Positions 57,130 through 64,000 of a stretch of 64,000 nt of DNA are shown here, one piece after another. The DNA comes from a virus, in IMG/VR virus record IMGVR_UViG_3300030380_006483. The stretch is one strand, 5' to 3'. The position numbers and the translations under genes were made by a program. Below the pieces are notes generated by a model. That model ran no database searches, had not been told where the DNA came from, and saw only the letters and a list, made by a program, of their open reading frames with translations. Every line of letters begins with the position of its first letter. Positions within the stretch are counted from its first letter, which is position 1.

Positions 57130-57163
57130 TTGGTTACCTGAATTTCCTTTCGTATATTTACGG
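57130..57163 (+). promoter_or_regulatory. phage promoter TTGG-N16-TCGTATATTTACGG, copy 3
   Basis: Exact motif and spacing repeat. Confidence 0.8.
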
Positions 57164-57194
57164 TATAAATAAATAATTAATTAAAACAAAGGTT

Positions 57195-58031
57195 ATGACA
57201 CATTTAGAAAGTTTAAATTTAAGATACAATCAATTAGATCAAGAATTAAAAGCTCTTGAATCAAGGGAAAATAGATTATACTACAGAGGTGAAAATCAGA
57301 AAAAGTTAATGTTAAAAAAAGCATTTGAATCTTTTTCTCATGATAAATTTCAAATTAATGTAACATCAGTTGAAAGAGTTACTCTTTCACCTAAAGGTGA
57401 TAATTACAATGGTTTAGTAGAATATTCACTTGATACAAGATGGAGATCAGATGAAGCAGAAAGAATTCAAAGATCTAGATTAAACCACAACGGTAGTTAT
57501 TTTTATAATAATGAAGATAATAATTTCAATCAAGCATTAGTTGAATCTGAAGCTAGAATGGAATTTATGAAATTAGTTACTGAAAAGGATGAGCAAATCC
57601 AATCTGATTGGTTAGCAATTGATGAAAAATATTCTAATTTAAGAATGAAGTTTTGGGATAATTTAAGAGATCTTAGAAGTGCTTTAAATGATGCTTCAAG
57701 AGATATTCGCAATGTAGAAGAACAAGCTGAAATGGATCAGCTTGAAGGTAAAAATGGTATTTCATTTCAAGAAAAAGAAAATATATCATTACCAAGATTA
57801 GATGTTAGATTTGATTGGCAAATTGGTCAAATTAAAAACTTAAGGGTTGTTGGTAAAACTCCAACTGGAAAATCAGTTGATCTTGAAGTTATTAGAAAAT
57901 GGAGAAGATGGGATGATAAAAACGAGCAATATGTTAATGAAGATAAAGTTGAAGTGTTTCCAAAAGTTAGATTTGATAAAGTCAAAAAATTAATAAGAAA
58001 CGCAAGATACAACCAATTAATAGTAGAATAA
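57195..58031 (+). CDS. hypothetical coiled-coil (probable early) protein
   Basis: 278-aa charged ORF with own promoter and terminator. Confidence 0.75.
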   Translation: MTHLESLNLRYNQLDQELKALESRENRLYYRGENQKKLMLKKAFESFSHDKFQINVTSVERVTLSPKGDNYNGLVEYSLDTRWRSDEAERIQRSRLNHNGSYFYNNEDNNFNQALVESEARMEFMKLVTEKDEQIQSDWLAIDEKYSNLRMKFWDNLRDLRSALNDASRDIRNVEEQAEMDQLEGKNGISFQEKENISLPRLDVRFDWQIGQIKNLRVVGKTPTGKSVDLEVIRKWRRWDDKNEQYVNEDKVEVFPKVRFDKVKKLIRNARYNQLIVE

Positions 58032-58060
58032 GTTATTTATTAGTTAATTATTTTGTTTAT

Positions 58061-58087
58061 AAAGGGCACGTAAGTGCCCTTTTTTTA
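58061..58087 (+). terminator. intrinsic terminator
   Basis: AAAGGGCAC-GTAA-GTGCCCTTT (GNRA loop) + T tract. Confidence 0.92.
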
Positions 58088-58160
58088 TTCTAAATTATAT
58101 TTATGATCGGTACCCTTCAAGTCAAGACAGTTTTGTTTTGTATAATTAATCAAAATTATT

Positions 58161-58400
58161 ATGGATTTTTTAAAAACAATGAACAATTGGGTTAACACCC
58201 TAACTACAACTGGTGTTGGATTAGTAGCACTAGGAGTTGTTTTAGAAGTACTTTTTAAAGGTGCAGTTATCCCATTTTGGCCTGAAGTATCTGTGGTAGA
58301 TAATATCATGGGCATTTTAGGTTCCTTAAGCAATGAAGGACTATTAGGATTAGTTGGTGCGTTTGTTCTGTACCATATCCTAAAGAACAAAAATGTATAA
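58161..58400 (+). CDS. small two-TM membrane protein
   Basis: GVGLVALGVVLEVLF and GLLGLVGAFVLYHIL segments; monocistronic. Confidence 0.75.
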   Translation: MDFLKTMNNWVNTLTTTGVGLVALGVVLEVLFKGAVIPFWPEVSVVDNIMGILGSLSNEGLLGLVGAFVLYHILKNKNV

Positions 58401-58424
58401 TTTAGTAATATAAATTTTACAAGG

Positions 58425-58449
58425 AAGGGCGCTTAGGCGCCCTTTTTTT
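58425..58449 (+). terminator. intrinsic terminator
   Basis: AAGGGCGC-TTAG-GCGCCCTT + T tract. Confidence 0.92.
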
Positions 58450-58473
58450 ATATTTATTTCCGAAGCGGAAAGT

Positions 58474-58947
58474 ATGTCTAAATTAATTTTATTTACATTA
58501 ATGACATTGCCCTGCTTTATAGTAGGGCAAAATTCTATTAGCATTGAACCAGTTACAAATGACATCGTAATTGGTGATTTAGCTGGTAATAGAGATTTAG
58601 CTTTTGGTGTTCAAAATATATTAGAAGAAGTAGTACAGGATAAAGACTATGATTTAAATCCTAATGCTGAATTAAAATTAAAGGTTAGTTTATTATTCTT
58701 TGATATTAAGAAAACCAATTTACAAATAGCTGTTTATTCAAAAAAGACAGACATTTACCAAATCTCAGCTAGGGCAACTTTATATAAAGGTAAGAAAAAG
58801 AAAAAATCAGTAACTGCTACTGGTGAGGCAAGTGAGGTATCTACAGCAACATTATTAATAGATGAAGGCGGACAATTTTCCCAGGCAAATGTTTCAACAG
58901 CATTAAAAAAAGTTGTAGAACAATTAATTAATAAACTAAAACTATGA
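58474..58947 (+). CDS. secreted protein, CsgG/TolB-N-like fold suspected
   Basis: Signal peptide; alpha-beta-beta-beta-alpha pattern like 62874 ORF. Confidence 0.5.
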   Translation: MSKLILFTLMTLPCFIVGQNSISIEPVTNDIVIGDLAGNRDLAFGVQNILEEVVQDKDYDLNPNAELKLKVSLLFFDIKKTNLQIAVYSKKTDIYQISARATLYKGKKKKKSVTATGEASEVSTATLLIDEGGQFSQANVSTALKKVVEQLINKLKL

Positions 58948-59048
58948 AAAAATTCTTAAGTATGATAATTAATTTTTTTGATAAAATTGATGATGATTTA
59001 AGAGAGATGTATGGAATTAGTAATAAAAATTTAGGAAAAAAGAAATGA
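58944..59048 (+). CDS. small hypothetical protein (34 aa)
   Basis: MKKFLSMIINFFDKIDDDLREMYGISNKNLGKKK*; ATGA overlaps on both sides. Confidence 0.55.
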   Translation: MKKFLSMIINFFDKIDDDLREMYGISNKNLGKKK

Positions 59049-60844
59049 GAAAACTCATAACATTATTATTATTAGTGCCTTTTTTAACATTTAGTCAATC
59101 ATCTGGCGATGGACTAGATATTGATTTAGTATATAAAGGTATAGTTGGGAATACTAATCAACCCTTATCTAAAGTACAAGTAAATGATACTATTATATTA
59201 GCATTAAAACTAAACAATCTAGATTCAATCCATCAAATCACTTATATTCATACTGATGTACAATATAATTCAGCAGCTTATGCTTTAATTAGTACTGAAT
59301 GGAATACCCCAACTGATGCTCAAAATTCTGTTGGTAACTGGAGTGGTAATGGAATGAAAATGGTATTTACAGACCAGTATGATAAAAATGCTGTATGGGC
59401 TCAATGGCAACATGGTAGTTATACAGGAGATTCTTCGGCTGCAGGATGGCAAGTAGACCATTTCCAATCAGTAGCTCCTACAGATATTGGTTCAGTTGAA
59501 TATGCTACTATGAAATATTTAGTAAAAGATGCTGGTGCAAATAATGATTATACCGAAAATATAATTATAACAATGGCAAGAGCTGCAGATAATATTCTTA
59601 CAGATAATGCAGATATTGATGGTAATGGAACTAACGATGAACATGTTTATCCCACTGGTAAAGTAAGAGCACATGATACCCAATTTATTACTCATATACC
59701 ACTTGAAGATTTAGATTCAAACATTTATGTTAAATTAGATGCGGGTGGAGAAATAGATTTAACTAAAATAAAAGTTAAAGTAATAGAGGATGGAACTGAA
59801 GTAGCTGATTTAGCATTTGATACAGGTGGAGAAGTCAATATAACAGACTATATTATTTCATCTACAAAAACATATAAACTACAATTTCATACAACTTATA
59901 CAGAAACAGAATGGAAAACAATTACTGAAAATGCTGTAACAATATCAGATGCAGTATTAACTTTAAAAGAAGTAGGTAAGTTTGGACATGGGGGATCAGT
60001 ACATGAATTTGATTACGGTATTCAATACCCACTTGCTGATACAGATCAAAGTAACACAATTAACCCTCAGGATGCTTATAATTTATTAGGTCATGTAATT
60101 GGATCATTTACTTATTATGCAGGTGGATCTTATGCTTTTGCTACTACTTTTCCTATAGTAAAAACTTCGGTAGGTGAAGGATATACTAAACAAAATTTCT
60201 TAGGTGGTATTGCTTTAAATGAAGGTCATGAAAAAACTATTCAATCATCTGAAGTATCAGATGAAATAAATTGGTCGGCTGCTAGCAATACTATTAATTA
60301 TTCATCAGCAATATTAGGAGATGTAAATTTATCTTATTCATCAACCCCACCATCAGACGCATCAGGAGTAATGTCAATAAGTAATTCATCATCACCAACA
60401 CAAAAAGTGGCTATGAATCCATTATATATAGGTAATTCAAATAGAAGTGAAATATTTGGAGTTGGAGTAGCTAAACAAGAAGTAAATCAAGCATTTATAG
60501 ATGTAAATACTGCTATTGTAGATGGAGAAGTAGTAACAACATTACAATTAACCTCAGAACAGGTAGCTGGTTTTCAATTAAAATTAAATTATGATACTAC
60601 AAGATTAACATTTGATAAAGTAGAATTTAATACAGGACAAACTGTAACTAATTTTGCCCAACAAGCAGACGATGGTAGAATAAATTTAGGTAGTATACAA
60701 CAGGAAGCTAATGCTATAGCGAATGGTTCAACAGTAAAAATTTACTTTACAGGTCAAGTAACATCACCTGTAGGTACAGTTACCATATTCAATACTGATG
60801 CCGTAAATACAGAAGGAAAAAGATTAATACTAAACTTACAATAA
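59045..60844 (+). CDS. secreted modular protein with cohesin-like and dockerin/EF-hand-like segments
   Basis: Signal peptide; ADIDGNG; ISDAVLTLK..ADTDQSNTINPQDAYNLL; C-terminal VAGFQLKLNYDTTRLTF. Confidence 0.6.
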   Translation: MRKLITLLLLVPFLTFSQSSGDGLDIDLVYKGIVGNTNQPLSKVQVNDTIILALKLNNLDSIHQITYIHTDVQYNSAAYALISTEWNTPTDAQNSVGNWSGNGMKMVFTDQYDKNAVWAQWQHGSYTGDSSAAGWQVDHFQSVAPTDIGSVEYATMKYLVKDAGANNDYTENIIITMARAADNILTDNADIDGNGTNDEHVYPTGKVRAHDTQFITHIPLEDLDSNIYVKLDAGGEIDLTKIKVKVIEDGTEVADLAFDTGGEVNITDYIISSTKTYKLQFHTTYTETEWKTITENAVTISDAVLTLKEVGKFGHGGSVHEFDYGIQYPLADTDQSNTINPQDAYNLLGHVIGSFTYYAGGSYAFATTFPIVKTSVGEGYTKQNFLGGIALNEGHEKTIQSSEVSDEINWSAASNTINYSSAILGDVNLSYSSTPPSDASGVMSISNSSSPTQKVAMNPLYIGNSNRSEIFGVGVAKQEVNQAFIDVNTAIVDGEVVTTLQLTSEQVAGFQLKLNYDTTRLTFDKVEFNTGQTVTNFAQQADDGRINLGSIQQEANAIANGSTVKIYFTGQVTSPVGTVTIFNTDAVNTEGKRLILNLQ

Positions 60845-61200
60845 TGAAAAGAATATTACTTGCTTTATTAATACTAACAGGTTGTGCTAAAGATTATTCA
60901 CTTGATAATACTGAATCGATCATACCAGATCTTCAAGTAGAAGGTGATATTGGACTAAGTTTTTATAATAGTACTATAACAGATACTGATTTATTTAATA
61001 TTAAAAGTCCTATTAATACAACTTATACTTTAGAAGTAAAAGATGTTTTTAATAATTTAATAACAAAAAGCACATTAGAAGCAAAGGTAGGTAATAATGT
61101 ATATGCTTTTTATACTAATGCATTTAAAGCAGGTCATTATACAATATCAGTTTACCATAGAGGCCAATTAATAGCAGAAACAAACCAAACTATTTTATGA
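60844..61200 (+). CDS. lipoprotein with Ig-like, T9SS-CTD-like domain
   Basis: LTG-C lipobox; YTLEVKD..GNN..KAGHYTISV pattern; lacks YPNP. Confidence 0.55.
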   Translation: MKRILLALLILTGCAKDYSLDNTESIIPDLQVEGDIGLSFYNSTITDTDLFNIKSPINTTYTLEVKDVFNNLITKSTLEAKVGNNVYAFYTNAFKAGHYTISVYHRGQLIAETNQTIL

Positions 61201-61793
61201 AAAAATTTATAGTTTTATTTTTTCTTACTTTATCAATAAGTTGTATTAATCCATCTATGGAAAATGGTTTTGCTAGATTAATTGAATCTCTTGAACAATT
61301 AACTGCTTCATTTCAAGCTCTTAATGTTGATCAAATTACAACTGATATGGAATCTATTGTAACTGATTTAGAGTATATAGCCCAAGATTTAGATGCTTAT
61401 ATGAATGCTATGATAGAATATCAAGTAACTATGGATGAATATCATGTAGCAACTGTAGCATATACTGAAGCAATGGATGCCGCAGCAGCAGCCTCAGCAG
61501 GAACTTTATATGAATTAGAAGCATTAGTAGAAAGTGGCAACCAGTGGGCTGGTCTATATTTACAAATAATGAGAATAAGCCAGTCATTTTCAGAAATTCA
61601 AACAGCAGTAGATAGTATGGCTACATCAGCACAAGTAGAAGCAATATCACAACAATTACAGGGAATGCATAATGACCTAGTTCTATCAATTCAAGGTAGT
61701 GATGTTGATGGGGACGGTATTATTCATATGAATGATAAATGTCCTACATTAGCAGGCCCCGAATCAAATAATGGATGTCCATTAGATAATTAA
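61197..61793 (+). CDS. helical lipoprotein with C-terminal TSP3-like repeat
   Basis: SIS-C; long amphipathic helices; DVDGDGI..NDKCPTLAGPESNNGCP as in Bacteroidota OmpA linkers. Confidence 0.72.
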   Translation: MKKFIVLFFLTLSISCINPSMENGFARLIESLEQLTASFQALNVDQITTDMESIVTDLEYIAQDLDAYMNAMIEYQVTMDEYHVATVAYTEAMDAAAAASAGTLYELEALVESGNQWAGLYLQIMRISQSFSEIQTAVDSMATSAQVEAISQQLQGMHNDLVLSIQGSDVDGDGIIHMNDKCPTLAGPESNNGCPLDN

Positions 61794-61804
61794 AAATAAA
61801 AAAA

Positions 61805-62092
61805 ATGAAAGATTTACTTAAAAATGTTAAAGCTCAAATAACTGCAGGTGTAGGAATTGTATTAGCAACTCTTGGCACTGTATTTTCTGATAAAGTTGAG
61901 GAATTTTTTGGAGTAGAGGACGATGCAGCTATAGCTGTAGAACAAAAACAAGAAGTTAATGTTGAAGGTCCTACTATTAATATAACAATTCCTGAACAAC
62001 AAAAAGATACTGTAGTTAAAAAGGTTTACGTTAAACCTAAAGAGAAATTAACTGAAACTGAAAAACGTAAAAAAGAAGGTATTGACTGGTAG
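61805..62092 (+). CDS. small membrane-anchored protein
   Basis: One N-terminal TM, charged tail ending DW. Confidence 0.7.
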   Translation: MKDLLKNVKAQITAGVGIVLATLGTVFSDKVEEFFGVEDDAAIAVEQKQEVNVEGPTINITIPEQQKDTVVKKVYVKPKEKLTETEKRKKEGIDW

Positions 62093-62122
62093 TTAATATT
62101 TATAATAAATAAAAAGGAAAAT

Positions 62123-62389
62123 ATGAAAGATTTATTTAAAGACACTAATGACATCAACGAAAAATCAGTAGTTGGTTTCGCATCATTTGTAATAATGGTA
62201 TTGTTTGCTGTATTAGATTTAGTTACTGGATACTTTGGAAAGGATCTAGTTATTAATGAATTTATATATGATTCATTTGTATGGGTTGTATTAGGTTCAT
62301 TTGGTATTTCTGAGATAGGTAAAACATTTGGTGGTAAAAAAGAATCAACACCACCACCTGCTAAGGACAGTACAAAAGGATTTATGTAA
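62123..62389 (+). CDS. two-TM membrane protein, holin-like candidate
   Basis: Two TM segments; immediately upstream of amidase (TAATG overlap). Confidence 0.55.
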   Translation: MKDLFKDTNDINEKSVVGFASFVIMVLFAVLDLVTGYFGKDLVINEFIYDSFVWVVLGSFGISEIGKTFGGKKESTPPPAKDSTKGFM

Positions 62390-62874
62390 TGGCTATAATA
62401 CCTAAAGGAATAATAATCCATTCAATGGCTGAGTACCTAAAAATGGATGATGGACCAATGCCTGCACATGATTTTTTAAAATCAATAAAACTATCAGTAC
62501 ATGGTTTTATTAAACCAGATGGTACTTATGAAAAAATGGTTCAAACACCAAATAAAGCATTTCATGCTGGTAAATCTAAATTTGGGAATTTAGAAAATTT
62601 AAATTCTCATTTTTTGGGATTTGAATTATTAGTTCCTGGGACACATGATTTTGGAACATTTAGTAAGGCAATACAAACACCAGGAACTTATACTGAAGAA
62701 CAATTTAAAACATCATTAGAAGTCTGTCAGTATTGGATGCAACAATATAACATACCAGCTAATGCTGTAGTACGCCATTCAGATGTAAGTGGTGATGATG
62801 TAAGAGGTAAAGGACAAGGTAAAACTGATCCAGGTTCAGCATTTGATTGGAATAGATTTAAAAAAGAATTATAA
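62389..62874 (+). CDS. N-acetylmuramoyl-L-alanine amidase (Amidase_2/AmpD-like), probable endolysin
   Basis: IIIHS, AFHAG, LGFEL, HSDV, KTDPG..FDW. Confidence 0.88.
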   Translation: MAIIPKGIIIHSMAEYLKMDDGPMPAHDFLKSIKLSVHGFIKPDGTYEKMVQTPNKAFHAGKSKFGNLENLNSHFLGFELLVPGTHDFGTFSKAIQTPGTYTEEQFKTSLEVCQYWMQQYNIPANAVVRHSDVSGDDVRGKGQGKTDPGSAFDWNRFKKEL

Positions 62875-63593
62875 TGTTTAAAAAATATTTAGCATTTTTA
62901 TTTTTATTTTTCACCCCATTTTTGTTTAATCAAACAATAGGTAAAACAACAACTGAAGATTACCAAGCAGAATTTGAAAAAAGAGCATCAATATATTCAA
63001 TACCGGAGTATAATGGTGATCCAGTACCAGTAGCATTACTTAATATAGGTGTTACTGAAGATGTTTTAAGTATGTATCCTGAATTAAGAGACTATAGAGT
63101 TGGTTTAGGATTAACAAATATAACTGTTGCATTTTTAGACGAAACATTTAGATTTGAGTTTGTTGAAACTAGAGATGAGATTAAAGATAGAATGGTAAAC
63201 CAATATAAGGCATCCCAAAAAGGATTTACAGCAAATGATGTAAATATAATGGGTAAAATTACCTTAGCTAAATATTTCATTTATATTGAAATATATGATT
63301 TTTCTATCTCTGAAGATGAAACTATCAATTTAAAAGATGGTATAAAAAATACTTTAGTAACACGTTTAGGAATGCAAGTAAGAGCAGTTGATGCTGAAAC
63401 AGGATTATATATGACTGGTTCTGGATTAGGTAAAGCAACAACAACTAGAGAATTAACTTTTCTTAATGATGACAACTTAGAAGAAGTTGCATTTAATCAA
63501 TCATCAATAGGTGTAAGTACAAGAAAAGCTCTAGAAACAGCTGTAGCAAAAATTGTTAAACGAATGTTACGTAAAGGTATTTTTGACCATTAA
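62874..63593 (+). CDS. CsgG/HfaB-like secreted protein
   Basis: Signal peptide; GLGLTN..FRFEFVE..R, YDFS, VRAVDAETG, RKALETAVAKIV. Confidence 0.65.
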   Translation: MFKKYLAFLFLFFTPFLFNQTIGKTTTEDYQAEFEKRASIYSIPEYNGDPVPVALLNIGVTEDVLSMYPELRDYRVGLGLTNITVAFLDETFRFEFVETRDEIKDRMVNQYKASQKGFTANDVNIMGKITLAKYFIYIEIYDFSISEDETINLKDGIKNTLVTRLGMQVRAVDAETGLYMTGSGLGKATTTRELTFLNDDNLEEVAFNQSSIGVSTRKALETAVAKIVKRMLRKGIFDH

Positions 63594-64000
63594 TGAAAAA
63601 ACTATTAGTTGTATTATTTTTATTTTTGGGAAATTTTATATATTCCCAAAACTTAATCCAAACCTATGTTGATAGGTGTACTGGTGCTGTAACGGTATTT
63701 TCAGTACCAATGAATGGACAAACTGCAGTTTCATTCTATAATAAATCAAGAGTATTTAGTGCTGCCGAATTTCAAAACGGAACATTACAAGCATGGTTAG
63801 AGGAAACTTGGCTATGGTGGAATGCTTTAAGTCCTTGTTCTAATACAGCTACAACTACAGTTACTACAACAACCCAAACACAGGAAACAGTTAATCAAGC
63901 TACAGAAGCAGCCACAAATGCTACTAATATAGCAAATCAAGTTAATGTACCTGATACTTCTGTTACCACAAGTATACCTGACACTACAATACCAGATACT
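63593..64000 (+). CDS. secreted Thr-rich protein, 3'-truncated by window end
   Basis: MKKLLVVLFLFLGNFIYSQ..DRC..PCSNTATTTVTTT..; open to position 64000. Confidence 0.8.
   Translation, partial: MKKLLVVLFLFLGNFIYSQNLIQTYVDRCTGAVTVFSVPMNGQTAVSFYNKSRVFSAAEFQNGTLQAWLEETWLWWNALSPCSNTATTTVTTTTQTQETVNQATEAATNATNIANQVNVPDTSVTTSIPDTTIPDT

Noticed and set aside
935-63475. Minus-strand and nested ORFs in the supplied track (e.g. 935, 4223, 5301, 25883, 58085, 62026, 63281)
   Set aside because: They are antisense or out-of-frame shadows of well-supported + strand genes, with no motifs or promoters
1-64000. CRISPR array or anti-CRISPR locus suggested by the Cas4-like nuclease at 30292
   Set aside because: No regularly spaced repeats and no other cas genes seen; solo Cas4-like nucleases are common phage recombination genes
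1-64000. Stop-codon reassignment (as in some large Bacteroidota phages)
   Set aside because: Code-11 ORFs tile the window tightly with intact motifs; TAA, TGA and TAG all terminate coupled genes
1-64000. Integrase, IS element or rRNA
   Set aside because: None recognisable in the window
1-64000. Apparent CpG scarcity as a restriction-avoidance signal
   Set aside because: Visual impression only; expected from low GC and AGA-biased Arg codons, and would need an observed/expected dinucleotide calculation

Overview
This window is a gene-dense, strongly AT-rich 64-kb segment of a large tailed dsDNA phage genome, read with the standard code and almost entirely on the + strand. The host is probably Bacteroidota/Flavobacteriia, inferred from SD-less A-rich starts, TTTG-N20-TAnnTTT-type promoters, Bacteroidota-style TonB receptor and lipoproteins, and OmpA-like TSP3 and T9SS-CTD-like motifs. 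From left to right: (1) A 7-deazaguanine island (queD, a TGT-fold protein, queC, queE, folE, a PRTase) interleaved with tRNA-fMet, a tail fibre with an S74 chaperone and four carbamoyltransferase paralogs. Three of these are N-terminal (Kae1-like) domain-only, and one is full length. (2) A T4-like replisome with a family-B DNA polymerase split into two genes by a flavin-dependent halogenase, a cupin and a hypothetical gene, followed by a HAD phosphomannomutase, sliding clamp, Hsp20, GroES/GroEL, clamp loader subunits, an Nmad1-like protein and a Cas4-like nuclease. (3) A ~21-kb glycosylation island with glycosyltransferases, gmd/fcl, a His-type PLP 3-dehydratase, a 4,6-dehydratase, a TPP enzyme, PanB, SDRs, four WavE-like proteins, a HAD-nucleotidyltransferase fusion and a phosphodiesterase. 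(4) A host-envelope module with a TonB-dependent receptor, cohesin/dockerin-like, CsgG-like and lipoprotein genes, and an amidase. Seven 2OG-Fe(II) oxygenases are scattered singly. All functional calls come from motif reading only; no searches were run.
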